Origin: an uncultured Candidatus Saccharibacteria bacterium
GTDB taxonomy: Bacteria > Patescibacteriota > Doudnabacteria > UBA920
Assembly (NCBI GenBank): GCA_964650255.1
Contig: CAZYQT010000005.1
Location: 2,006 to 66,005, forward strand
Length of the DNA stretch: 64,000 nt
Direction: 5' to 3'
Both the position numbers and the translations under genes were made by a program. This document shows positions 9,621-18,971 of this stretch, piece by piece; position 1 is the stretch's first letter; each line of letters starts with the position of its first letter. Below the pieces are notes generated by a model. It searched no databases. It saw nothing but the letters and a program-made list of their open reading frames with translations, and had not been told where the DNA came from.

Positions 9621-10519
9621 TGCATCTCGCGCAATCTCTGAATGCGTTCTTTAATTGGTGGGTGCGTATTGAACAGCGCTGTTAGCCAGCCTGGTTCTTT
9701 GCCCTCACTGGCATTTTTAAATGGACTAGCAATGTACAAATGAGCAGTAGCTTTATTTGCTGCTTCCAATGCTTCGCTGTCTTCAGCGATTTTTTCTAGA
9801 GCCTGTGCAAGTCCTTCTGGGTAACGTGTTAGTAAGGCGCCAGAGGCATCAGCTAAATATTCTCGCTTGCGGGACACAGCCAGCTGTACAAGCATGGCAA
9901 CAATTGGTGACAAAATTGCCAGCACAATTCCAATGAGCAAGAAAACGCCGCCGCCTTCGTTGCTATTGCTACGTCTGCGCCCGCCAAATATTGATGCGCG
10001 TATCATCCAATCAGCGAGTAAGGTAATGGTGCCAACCAAGACTACTACCAAAGTCATAAAACGAATGTCGTAGTTGCCAATGTGCGAAAGCTCGTGAGCC
10101 AAAACCCCTTCAAGTTCGCTCTGGTTTAAGCGTTGCAAAGCACCTAGGGTAACACAAACCACAGCATTTTTTGGGTTACGACCAGTGGCAAAAGCGTTAA
10201 TCGCGGTATCGTCAATAATATAAACTCTTGGCATAGGGAGGCCAGCAGTAATACAAAGATTTTCCACGGTTTTGTATAACTGAGGCTGCGCTTTTAAATC
10301 AATTTCTTGCGCACCAGAAATGGCCAAGGTAATCTTGTCGGAATAGAAGTAGGAAATGAGCGCGGAAACAGAGCTGAACACCACAGCCACAAACAACAAA
10401 ATAGGTGAGCCATAATACTGAGACATTATAAAACCGAACCCAATAATAATTATTAGGAATATAAAGATGAGCAATACAGAGTACGCTTTGTTTTTACTGA
10501 CCTCGGTATAAGTTAGCAT
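9617..10519 (-). CDS. htpX: Zinc metalloprotease HtpX (M48 family)
   Basis: HEXXH (HELSHIGNYD), four TM segments, and the C-terminal ...HPPIKERIQRL characteristic of HtpX. Confidence 0.85.
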   Translation of the reverse strand: MLTYTEVSKNKAYSVLLIFIFLIIIIGFGFIMSQYYGSPILLFVAVVFSSVSALISYFYSDKITLAISGAQEIDLKAQPQLYKTVENLCITAGLPMPRVYIIDDTAINAFATGRNPKNAVVCVTLGALQRLNQSELEGVLAHELSHIGNYDIRFMTLVVVLVGTITLLADWMIRASIFGGRRRSNSNEGGGVFLLIGIVLAILSPIVAMLVQLAVSRKREYLADASGALLTRYPEGLAQALEKIAEDSEALEAANKATAHLYIASPFKNASEGKEPGWLTALFNTHPPIKERIQRLREMH

Positions 10520-10521
10520 TG

Positions 10522-11067
10522 TTAGTAATTAAGTGGGCCACGTCCGCATTGAGCAGGAACGGTAATTTTGTTAACGGTAATAAATTTGGCGGTTGGAGGG
10601 GCGTCGCCACCAGATGTTGGCATTGAGTAATCAGAAATAGTTATGCTGGCTTGACCCGAAATATGATCGCAGGCAACAAGTCCTATTGAGCCAGCATCAT
10701 TTACTTTTAGAGATTGCTTGGCAAGGTTTTGATTTGAAAAACAGAAAAAACTTTTTGCGGGAATACCAGTTACAGCAGTTGAAGTTTTAAAACATAGCGT
10801 GTCACTATATAGGCTGTCGTGTTCCATTCCAAACGTACCTCTAACTGTTTGCTGATCAGAGTCAGCCATCATTGTTTTAGGTGGAGTTTCTGAATTTGTA
10901 TCTGTGTCCACATTTTTTAATTGCTGGTTAGTGTTCATCATTCGATTGCCCATTACACCGACTGGGATATTAGAATTTTGGCCAGCACCAAAGGCAACAA
11001 CCCCGATTATTACAGCAGCAGCAAGGCCGGTGGCTACGCCGAGAAAAAACTTTTTATCGAATTCCAT
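10522..11067 (-). CDS. Hypothetical secreted or membrane-anchored protein (181 aa)
   Basis: N-terminal signal anchor (LGVATGLAAAVIIGVVAFGA), Cys-containing, no recognised domain. Tightly linked to htpX and lemA. Confidence 0.45.
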   Translation of the reverse strand: MEFDKKFFLGVATGLAAAVIIGVVAFGAGQNSNIPVGVMGNRMMNTNQQLKNVDTDTNSETPPKTMMADSDQQTVRGTFGMEHDSLYSDTLCFKTSTAVTGIPAKSFFCFSNQNLAKQSLKVNDAGSIGLVACDHISGQASITISDYSMPTSGGDAPPTAKFITVNKITVPAQCGRGPLNY

Positions 11068-11078
11068 AAATTTATTTA

Positions 11079-11627
11079 TTAAAACTTAACTTCGACCGGC
11101 TGTTGTTCTGGGCCGTTGTCATCTATGTCAAAGAAATTGCGTTTTGCAAATCCTAGCATTGATGCAAATAGGTTGGTTGGGAAAACTTCAATTTTAGTAT
11201 TGTAGTCACGGACATTGCCGTTGTAGAAGCGGCGAGCAGCTTGAATTTTGTTTTCTGTATCTGTTAGATCGGCTTGTAGCTGCATAAAGTTTTGGTTGCT
11301 TTTCAAATCAGGATAATTTTCAGCTACAGCAAACAAGCTTTTTAAAGTACCAGAAAGTTGGTTTTCATCTTTAGCCATTTCTTCTGGAGTCTTGGCGCCC
11401 ATGGCTTGAGTACGCGCTTGGGTAACACGCTCTAGCACGCCAGATTCTTGGGCGGCATAACCTTTGACTGTGTTAACCAAATTAGGAATCAGGTCGTAGC
11501 GGCGCTTAAGTTGCACCTCGATATCTGCCCAAGCTTCGTCAACTCGATACCGTGAGCGGATTAAAGAATTGTAGATAATGGCAGCAACTGCAACAATTGC
11601 GACTATGATCAAAATTAAGATTATCAT
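11079..11627 (-). CDS. lemA: LemA family protein
   Basis: N-terminal TM plus LemA core (RYDLIPNLVNTVKGYAAQE...RRFYNGNVRDYNTKIEVFPTNLFASMLGF). LemA-HtpX is a common gene pair. Confidence 0.8.
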   Translation of the reverse strand: MIILILIIVAIVAVAAIIYNSLIRSRYRVDEAWADIEVQLKRRYDLIPNLVNTVKGYAAQESGVLERVTQARTQAMGAKTPEEMAKDENQLSGTLKSLFAVAENYPDLKSNQNFMQLQADLTDTENKIQAARRFYNGNVRDYNTKIEVFPTNLFASMLGFAKRNFFDIDDNGPEQQPVEVKF

Positions 11628-11698
11628 ATTGTTTTATGAATTAATGCTTTTCCTTATTATACCAGGAAACCCATTTATTGGTAATGTATACTATAGAT

Positions 11699-12214
11699 AT
11701 GTCAATTTTTAATGAAATTTTAAGATTTGCGATCCCATGTTGGGTGATTAACATGTCTTTGAATGGAATTTTTGTTGCATCAATATATTTTCCCAAACTA
11801 ACTGCTTTTGATAAACCTTTGGATGCTGGCAAGTTTTGGAACGGCCGACGCATTTTGGGAAACGCCAGAACTTGGTACGGGTTACCTGTTTCAGTTACAG
11901 CAGGGTTTTTAATTCACCTAATAATTAGCCACAATTTTAAGCATGCTCTGTTAATTGGAATTTTGAATGGCTTAACGGTTTATGTTGGAGATATTCTGGG
12001 GAGTTTTATTAAGCGGAGGTTAAACTTTCGCGATGGCCAGTTTTTACCTCTCGTTGACCATGGTGATTACGTAATAATTACAGGAATTGTATTTGGCTTG
12101 TTGCAAATCTTTCCCTGGAAAGTGATTGGTTTGGCTCTTTTGATAACGTATCTAGTGCACCCAATCGTGACCTACTTAGCCTTTCTGGGAAAGTGGCGGA
12201 ATGATCCTTTGTGA
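11699..12214 (+). CDS. CarS-like membrane protein (CDP-archaeol synthase / DUF46 family homologue)
   Basis: Motif pattern PCWVINMSLNG...PLDAGKFWNGRRILGNARTWYGL resembles the CarS signature (PayvaN...pID.G...G.RilGdGKTwrG). Four or five TM segments. The start could instead be at 11678 or 11753. Confidence 0.5.
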   Translation: MSIFNEILRFAIPCWVINMSLNGIFVASIYFPKLTAFDKPLDAGKFWNGRRILGNARTWYGLPVSVTAGFLIHLIISHNFKHALLIGILNGLTVYVGDILGSFIKRRLNFRDGQFLPLVDHGDYVIITGIVFGLLQIFPWKVIGLALLITYLVHPIVTYLAFLGKWRNDPL

Positions 12215-12262
12215 TTATTCTAAGTGCTTTTCTTTTTAGTTGGTTTTCTCTATAATTAGGCT

Positions 12263-12544
12263 ATGTTAAGCCGAGAAGAAGTCATCAAAATCAGCCAAAT
12301 GGCTCGCATAAAGCTTCAAGAAGATGAGATCGAAAAGTTCCAAAAGGACCTCTCGTCTGTTTTGGATTATGTAGATGAATTAAAAGCGGTTAATACTGAT
12401 GGGCTAGAGATTGTTTCTAGTGTGACCGGTTTGGAAAATGTGGAGCGCGAAGATAAGGCCGTATTGATTGACTACCAGGAAGAAATTTTGGCCAACGCGC
12501 CGGAACGCAGGGATCGATACTATAAAGTGAAATCAATTTTATAA
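12263..12544 (+). CDS. gatC: Asp/Glu-tRNA amidotransferase subunit C
   Basis: A 93 aa GatC-like sequence whose stop overlaps the gatA start (TAATG). Confidence 0.85.
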   Translation: MLSREEVIKISQMARIKLQEDEIEKFQKDLSSVLDYVDELKAVNTDGLEIVSSVTGLENVEREDKAVLIDYQEEILANAPERRDRYYKVKSIL

Positions 12545-14052
12545 TGGCTAATTGGGAACAGTTAGAGCTGCATGAGCTGCGCGAAAAATTAGACAACAAA
12601 GAAGTTTCGTCTGTTGAACTGACGAAATATTTTTTGGCGCGGGTAAAAGAATTGTCGCCGGTTGGCGATTCGCCAGAAGTACGTGAAAAGTTGAACGCAT
12701 TCATAACTTTGTGTGAAGACGAAGCTTTGGCGCAAGCTGTAGAAGCTGATGAATACATGGCCGCGGGTGGTAAGTCTAATCCACCATTGTGCGGCATTCC
12801 GTTTGCAGCGAAGGATTTATTTTTGACTAAAGGCATTCGCACTACTGCAGCATCAAAAATTTTAGAGAACTACATCCCACCATATGATTCTACTGTGATT
12901 GCGAAGTTGAAAGAGCAGAAAGCAGTGATGATTGGTAAGACTAATATGGATCAGTTTGCGCATGGCTCTTCCGGCGAAACTTCCTTTTATGGTGCAACAC
13001 GAAATCCGTGGGATACCACGCGCATGCCTGGTGGGTCTTCTAGTGGTAGCGCGGCTGCGGTTGCAGCAGGGCTTGCCCCTTGGACTTTAGCAACAGAAAC
13101 TGGCGGCAGTATTCGCCAGCCGGCATCGCTTACAGGAGTTAGTGGATGGAAGCCAACTTATGGCCGAGTTAGTCGCTATGGCGTGGCCGCGATGGCATCA
13201 AGTTTGGATAGCCCTGGTGCAATGGCACGCAGTGTAAAAGATTTAGCAATGATAGCGGAAGTAATTTCCGGGCAAGATGCAAAAGATTCCACAACTGGTC
13301 CGTACGATGTGCCAGCATATTTTGGTGAACTCAACGCAGATATACAAGGAATGAAAATCGGTGTGCCTAAAGAATATTTTGTTGATGGTATGCAGCCAGA
13401 AGTTCGCACGCGCGTGGAAGAAGCGATTGAAGTTTTGAAAAGCAAAGGCGCGGAAATTGTAGAAGTCAGTTTGCCGAACACGAAGTATGGCTCTTTGGTG
13501 TATGCAATTGTGTGCCCGAGTGAAGTATCATCGAACTTAGCGCGCTATGATGGCATCCGCTACGGCCACTCCACGCAAGAAGGTAAAGATTTGTTTGAAG
13601 TGTATGCTAAGAGTCGCGCTGCGGGTTTTGGTGATGAAGCCAAGCGCCGTATTATGACCGGCACTTATGTTTTGTCGGCTGGTTATTACGATGCTTACTA
13701 CAAAAAAGCGCAAGCCGTGCGTCGCTTGATTTTGAATGAGTTTGAAGAAGTGTTTAAGCAAGTTGATGTATTAGTTGCGCCGTCGTCGCCGAATGTTGCT
13801 TTGCCTTTAGGTAAAGCGGCTGACGATCCCTTGTTTGGTTATATTGCTGATCAGTTGAATATTCCAGGGTCTCTTGCTGGAACACCGGGACTTTCTATAC
13901 CTTGTGGTTTCGCTGAAGCAGATGGCAAGCAATTGCCAGTCGGTTTACAAATTATTGGCCCGCAATGGGGCGAACAAAAAGTCTTTAATGTTGGCGCTGC
14001 CTATCAGGAAGTAACTGATTGGCACACTAAGATTCCCGAAACTAATATATAA
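12544..14052 (+). CDS. gatA: Glu/Asp-tRNA amidotransferase subunit A (amidase signature family)
   Basis: Amidase signature GGSSSGSAAAVAAG and catalytic K/S context (AKDLFLTKGIRTTAASK). Confidence 0.9.
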   Translation: MANWEQLELHELREKLDNKEVSSVELTKYFLARVKELSPVGDSPEVREKLNAFITLCEDEALAQAVEADEYMAAGGKSNPPLCGIPFAAKDLFLTKGIRTTAASKILENYIPPYDSTVIAKLKEQKAVMIGKTNMDQFAHGSSGETSFYGATRNPWDTTRMPGGSSSGSAAAVAAGLAPWTLATETGGSIRQPASLTGVSGWKPTYGRVSRYGVAAMASSLDSPGAMARSVKDLAMIAEVISGQDAKDSTTGPYDVPAYFGELNADIQGMKIGVPKEYFVDGMQPEVRTRVEEAIEVLKSKGAEIVEVSLPNTKYGSLVYAIVCPSEVSSNLARYDGIRYGHSTQEGKDLFEVYAKSRAAGFGDEAKRRIMTGTYVLSAGYYDAYYKKAQAVRRLILNEFEEVFKQVDVLVAPSSPNVALPLGKAADDPLFGYIADQLNIPGSLAGTPGLSIPCGFAEADGKQLPVGLQIIGPQWGEQKVFNVGAAYQEVTDWHTKIPETNI

Positions 14053-14057
14053 AATAT

Positions 14058-15683
14058 ATGGAAGAAACCAATATAGCACAACAAATTGAAACTAACGCCT
14101 CCACAGGTTCTCTTGTGGCTACTGAAAAAACGTCTGTGTGGAGATCAGTATTATTTTTTATTGGTACAACAGTTTTATTCGGACTGATTGCAGCAGTGTT
14201 AACAACTGCTTTTCCGAACTATTCAGGGTGTGGGTTTCCTCAATTCGGGCCGTGTGGTAATTTGGGAGGTTTTCCTATGGGTTATTTTTCGTTTCATGAT
14301 TTTAGCATTTTATGGATATCTATTGGTTTAATAGTTAATACTTTATTTTATAGTGCTATTGTGTTAGTCGCTCGGTTAATCGTCCTATTGTTAGCTAAAT
14401 TAGTCAAAGGGTCAAAGAGTTTAGTCTTAGTTATATTAATTTTACTATTACCAATTACAGTCCCAATTTTATTGTGGATTATTTCTTTGGTTGTCACATT
14501 TCCAGGTTCTTTAAGGGATGTATTGTTTTACTTAGGGGACTTACCTTATTTTATTGGAGATAAAATAGGGGTGATAGATACCGTGGCATATGTACCAATA
14601 GAAAGATATGTTTTGATGATTGAAATTCTTATATCTGGTACCGTATTATTTGCAGTATTCTACCTACTTACTTTTTTGAAATCAAGTTTCACAGTACATA
14701 AGTACTACAAATTACTGTTTATAATACTTGCTGTTATTTACCCGGTATTAACTTTTATACCCCACCCATCTTTAGCTGTTATCGACGCACCATCTTATGA
14801 AGATTTGCCATTTACGGTCAGGAATATAATTAAGACTCAAACAGCGCTGCGTTATAATTTAGAAATTAAGAGTTTTCCTGAGGACCAAAAAGTCTATAGT
14901 GTTAGAGTTTGCGCAGCTGATTCTGTGGCAGCTATTAAGGAATTTGGTTCCGATAGTCCTTGTGGTTTCAGTATTTCATACATGCGTAGTAATTCTGGTG
15001 TAATCGAAGATTCAGTCGGAGAAACTTTGTATGATAATGAATTTATCCCACATGCTGGAATAGAAGGTTTAATTCCATCCAACCTAACTGGGAAAGAAAA
15101 AAAACTTATTGTATTTATTGAGCCCCATACGGATGAAGGAGGGATTGTGAGGGGGCTTAGAACTTATGAAGTTAGCCTGGCCAATTATGAAATCAGGCAG
15201 GATTTGGGAATTCCGAAGCTTGATTTCCCAACTGGCTGGAAACAGTATAATAATTTTGATGGATATTCCATTGCTGTCCCCGCAGATTATGTAATATATT
15301 CCAGTATCGATCGGAGCAGTGCTGAACCATGGATGAGGGAAGCCTGGGAAGGCTCGCATCGGGTAAATATTGGAATCAGCGAAAAAGCAGTTGCTGAAAC
15401 TGAATCCCCTCAAATTCACGTTAGAATTCTAGCCAATAACCTTTCCCCTGAAGAAGCACTGACGATGTATATTTCAGAAAATAAATTTATAAATCCTAAG
15501 GGCAGTATTAAAAAAGTTGCTTACCAAAACTCTGATTCATACCGCTGGGATGGGGATGGAACAATTGGCTCACCATTGTATGTAATGTTAGTTTCCCAGG
15601 GAGATCAGTATTTTGTACTGCAACAAGATACAGATGACCCCATCTTAACTCAGATTGCAAATTCATTCACAATTTACGAGTAA
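14058..15683 (+). CDS. Hypothetical polytopic membrane protein (541 aa) embedded in the gatCAB operon
   Basis: Starts 5 nt after the gatA stop and ends 1 nt before the gatB ATG. It has ~7 TM helices in the N-terminal half and a ~270 aa soluble C-terminal domain with no family I recognise. AT-rich relative to gatA and gatB. Confidence 0.6.
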   Translation: MEETNIAQQIETNASTGSLVATEKTSVWRSVLFFIGTTVLFGLIAAVLTTAFPNYSGCGFPQFGPCGNLGGFPMGYFSFHDFSILWISIGLIVNTLFYSAIVLVARLIVLLLAKLVKGSKSLVLVILILLLPITVPILLWIISLVVTFPGSLRDVLFYLGDLPYFIGDKIGVIDTVAYVPIERYVLMIEILISGTVLFAVFYLLTFLKSSFTVHKYYKLLFIILAVIYPVLTFIPHPSLAVIDAPSYEDLPFTVRNIIKTQTALRYNLEIKSFPEDQKVYSVRVCAADSVAAIKEFGSDSPCGFSISYMRSNSGVIEDSVGETLYDNEFIPHAGIEGLIPSNLTGKEKKLIVFIEPHTDEGGIVRGLRTYEVSLANYEIRQDLGIPKLDFPTGWKQYNNFDGYSIAVPADYVIYSSIDRSSAEPWMREAWEGSHRVNIGISEKAVAETESPQIHVRILANNLSPEEALTMYISENKFINPKGSIKKVAYQNSDSYRWDGDGTIGSPLYVMLVSQGDQYFVLQQDTDDPILTQIANSFTIYE

Positions 15684-15684
15684 T

Positions 15685-17208
15685 ATGGAACTAAAAGGCT
15701 ACAAACCAGTTATAGGACTCGAGATCCACGTGCAGCTTGCTACTAAGAGCAAGATGTTTTCGAGTGCGCCGTGCGATCCCGAAGAAAAAATTCCGAACAC
15801 AAATATAGACGAGGTCGCAACTGGCGAGCCCGGCTCTTTGCCGGTGATTAACAAAGAAGCAGTGCGTTTGGGCGTTATGGTGGGCATGGCTTTGAATTGC
15901 GAGATTCCGGAATATTCTAAGTTTGACCGCAAACATTATTTTTACCCTGATCTTCCAAAGGGGTATCAGATTTCGCAATTGGATCATCCTGTTGCGGCAA
16001 AGGGCTATGTAGATATTTCTGTTCCTGCGGATCCGAATCGTGAAGGAAACAAAGATGCTTACACAAAACGCATTAGAATTACGCGCGCGCATTTGGAAGA
16101 AGATGCCGGGAAGAACACACACCCAGAGGGTTTGCCTTATTCTTTAGTAGATTTGAATCGCGCCGGCTGTCCGCTTTTGGAAATTGTAACTGAGCCTGAT
16201 GTCGAAACAGCAGAAGAAGCGCGCATCTTTTTGCAGGAGCTGCAGAGAATTGTTCGTTATGTGGGAGCATCAAGTGCAGATATGGAAAAAGGCACGATGC
16301 GCTGCGAGCCAAACATTTCGGTGCGTAAGCCTGGTGAAGAAAGTTTGCCGAAATATAAAGTTGAAGTGAAGAACATCAATAGCTTTAAGTTTGCCGAAGC
16401 TGCAATTAATTACGAAATTCCGCGGCACATTGAAATGCTCGAAGCAGGTGAGATGCCAAAGCAGGTAACCATGGGCTGGAATGAAAAGTACAACAAGACT
16501 GTTGAACAGCGCGAAAAGGGTGAAGCTAATGATTATCGTTACATGCCAGAACCAGATTTACCAGAACTCCATTTTACAGAAGAGTTTAAAGCAAAGCTTC
16601 GTGCCGAACTACCAGAATTGCCAGCACAAAAGCGCGTGCGTTTTAAAGCTGAGTTCGGCTTGGATGATGCAGGAATTGAAACTTTGCTCAACTGGAAGCA
16701 AATGAATGAGTACTTTGAGGAAGTAGTAAGTGAAATTGATGCATGGATGCTCACTGATGGAAATTCTGACAACCAAGACTTGCGTGCGAAGTTAATTAAA
16801 CTTGCTGCTAATTGGTGTGTGCAAGATTTTTCCGCATTGCTTAATGCAGAGCTTGCTAATCCACTTGAATCACGAGTTAGTGCGGAAAATATGGCAGAAT
16901 TAGTTAAGCTAATCGACAACGGAAAAATTTCTGGGTCTGCTGCCAAACAAGTGTTTAAAGTAATGTACGAAAAAGGCGGTGAGCCAGATATGATTGTCGA
17001 AGACTTGGGTTTGGTGCAGGTGAGTGATGCTGGTGCGATTGAATCAGCTATCGACGAAGTTATTGCAGCTAACGAAAAAGCTGTTGCAGATTTTAAAGCT
17101 GGCGAACAAAAATCATTTGGCTTCTTGGTCGGCCAAGTTATGGCGCACATGAAAGGCAAGGCCAATCCGCAGGTTGTAAATGAGTTGTTGAAGAAAAAAC
17201 TAAGTTAA
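15685..17208 (+). CDS. gatB: Glu/Asp-tRNA amidotransferase subunit B
   Basis: MELKGYKPVIGLEIHVQL...GxxxVRKPGEE... core and the C-terminal GatB/YqeY domain. The track start at 15655 is a TTG extension; the ATG is at 15685. Confidence 0.9.
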   Translation: MELKGYKPVIGLEIHVQLATKSKMFSSAPCDPEEKIPNTNIDEVATGEPGSLPVINKEAVRLGVMVGMALNCEIPEYSKFDRKHYFYPDLPKGYQISQLDHPVAAKGYVDISVPADPNREGNKDAYTKRIRITRAHLEEDAGKNTHPEGLPYSLVDLNRAGCPLLEIVTEPDVETAEEARIFLQELQRIVRYVGASSADMEKGTMRCEPNISVRKPGEESLPKYKVEVKNINSFKFAEAAINYEIPRHIEMLEAGEMPKQVTMGWNEKYNKTVEQREKGEANDYRYMPEPDLPELHFTEEFKAKLRAELPELPAQKRVRFKAEFGLDDAGIETLLNWKQMNEYFEEVVSEIDAWMLTDGNSDNQDLRAKLIKLAANWCVQDFSALLNAELANPLESRVSAENMAELVKLIDNGKISGSAAKQVFKVMYEKGGEPDMIVEDLGLVQVSDAGAIESAIDEVIAANEKAVADFKAGEQKSFGFLVGQVMAHMKGKANPQVVNELLKKKLS

Positions 17209-17212
17209 CTTT

Positions 17213-17818
17213 ATGCCAGAGCAAAGAGATCGAAGTATTATCAATTTTTTGTACGAAGTTGGAACCATGCGCCGTTTGCCGCGAATTCACAGTCAAACCC
17301 TGTTGTCTAGCGACACATCCGACACAATCGCCTCGCATTCATATCGTGTAGCAGTGATTGCTTGGTTTTTAGCAAAAATTGAAGGCGCTGACCTATATAA
17401 GTGTATGGCTATGGGTTTGTTCCATGATATTGCTGAAGCTCGTACTGGTGACCACAATTGGATTCACAAAAAATATGTAAAAATACATGATGAAGAAATT
17501 TTGGAAGACCAGCTTGGTCCGTTACCGTTCCCAGATCTGAAAGAGCTCATGGATGAATACGAGAAGCGCGAAAGTGCTGAATCAATTATTGCTAAGCAAG
17601 CTGACATCTTGGATCAGATTTTACTATTGCGCGAGTATGAGTGGCAGGGGAATAAAGAAGCGGCGATTTGGCTTCATGGTAAGGACGAAGACACCAACAA
17701 AGGTAGGGCGCAAATGAAAAAGCTGACTTTGCCATCGGCAATTAAGCTGGGCGAAATGATGTATGAAGTTGCGCCATCAGAATGGTGGGAAAATATTTGG
17801 ACCAGTAAAAATCGTTAA
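17213..17818 (+). CDS. HD-domain phosphohydrolase (YfbR-like 5'-deoxynucleotidase family)
   Basis: HD motif (SHSYRVAVIAWF...GLFHDIAEARTGD). Confidence 0.7.
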   Translation: MPEQRDRSIINFLYEVGTMRRLPRIHSQTLLSSDTSDTIASHSYRVAVIAWFLAKIEGADLYKCMAMGLFHDIAEARTGDHNWIHKKYVKIHDEEILEDQLGPLPFPDLKELMDEYEKRESAESIIAKQADILDQILLLREYEWQGNKEAAIWLHGKDEDTNKGRAQMKKLTLPSAIKLGEMMYEVAPSEWWENIWTSKNR

Positions 17819-17828
17819 ACAAAAATAA

Positions 17829-18704
17829 ATGTCATATTTAGGAATCATCTTTGCTCTGGTTGCGCTTTTTGCATGGGGCTTTGGTGATTTTTTTATTCAG
17901 CGAGCATCGCGCAAGATTGGGATTATGCAAGCGTTGTTTTTTAACACTCTTGCAGTTTCTGTAGTTTTGTTGCCATTCGTTTGGAATCAGATCCCCAATT
18001 TAGTTTCTGATCAAGTAACCTTTTGGGCGTTAATCGGCATTGGAGTAGCCTTCTTTTTTACCGGAACCTTGCAGTTTTATGTTCTAGAAATTGGCAAGCT
18101 TGCTGTGGTGGAACCGATTGCAAGCTTGGAGCTTCCGCTTACTGTTTTGATAAGTGCTGTGATTGGCGCAGAACTCCTGTCTGCTCCAAGTTATGTTATT
18201 ATCGCAATAGTATTTTTAGGTATTGCGTTAACCGTTAGTCCCCACGCATTTCACCTGGGCCATATCTTCCGTAGGCTTGAAAAAGGAACCTTCGTTGCAT
18301 TGTTAGGGGCCTTGGGTATGGCGCTGACAAATTTTTTGATGGGTCATGCGAGTCAAATTAGTTCGCCAGTACTAACCGTGTGGTTAGTAGACGTAGTGAT
18401 TTTGGTTATGGCCACTGTAATTTTGTTATATAAGAATCAGTTTAAGCATCTGTATCAAGATTTTAAAAAAGCCCCCGGAGCAATTATTGCTGAGAGCACT
18501 TTAGATAATATTGCATGGCTGGCATATTGTCTCGCGGTTATATATATACCAATTTCCATTGCTATTACTATTAGCGAAAGTTACATAATTTTAGCAGTAC
18601 TGCTCGGCATTTTCATTAATAAAGAAAAATTAAAACACCACCAAACGCTCGGGATAATCTTTGCGATTGGCGGTGTTCTGCTGTTGTCGTGGATGACGGG
18701 CTAA
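17829..18704 (+). CDS. EamA/DMT-family transporter
   Basis: Ten predicted TM helices in a duplicated 5+5 arrangement, with the typical EamA N-terminus (LVALFAWGFGDFFIQRASRKIG). Confidence 0.7.
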   Translation: MSYLGIIFALVALFAWGFGDFFIQRASRKIGIMQALFFNTLAVSVVLLPFVWNQIPNLVSDQVTFWALIGIGVAFFFTGTLQFYVLEIGKLAVVEPIASLELPLTVLISAVIGAELLSAPSYVIIAIVFLGIALTVSPHAFHLGHIFRRLEKGTFVALLGALGMALTNFLMGHASQISSPVLTVWLVDVVILVMATVILLYKNQFKHLYQDFKKAPGAIIAESTLDNIAWLAYCLAVIYIPISIAITISESYIILAVLLGIFINKEKLKHHQTLGIIFAIGGVLLLSWMTG

Positions 18705-18952
18705 GGCCACATATGGTATGCCAATTCGAATGTTGTCCCGCTAAAATTGATGATACGTTTTTCGTCAATTGCCGATTTTGGATCATAATTGAATTGCAAT
18801 GCCATTTCCATTGCCGTTTTGCGAATAAGATCCCTAATTTCTTCAGAATGTTTTTTTCTGCGTATTTTGGGTCTTACAGTGCATTGGTAGTCAACCATCA
18901 GTCCTTGAGGTACGTACTGAAACGAACCTTCTACTAGAGTGTGATTTGCCAT
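18701..18952 (-). CDS. Hypothetical small protein (83 aa) downstream of miaA
   Basis: Strong RBS GGAGGA 8 nt upstream of the ATG. I prefer it over the antisense 82 aa Cys/Phe-rich ORF at 18689-18937. Confidence 0.4.
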   Translation of the reverse strand: MANHTLVEGSFQYVPQGLMVDYQCTVRPKIRRKKHSEEIRDLIRKTAMEMALQFNYDPKSAIDEKRIINFSGTTFELAYHMWP

Positions 18953-18971
18953 ATTAATTCCTCCGTCAATG

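Noticed and set aside
15691-17165. Minus-strand ORFs of 143, 77, 77 and 208 aa antisense to gatB
   Set aside because: They are fully contained in the well-supported gatB frame. Their Cys/Arg/Ser-rich composition is not protein-like.
18689-18937. Plus-strand 82 aa ORF in the EamA-miaA convergent gap
   Set aside because: It is Cys/Phe-rich and unprotein-like, with no RBS. The overlapping minus-strand 83 aa ORF has a GGAGGA RBS and was preferred, though still with low confidence.
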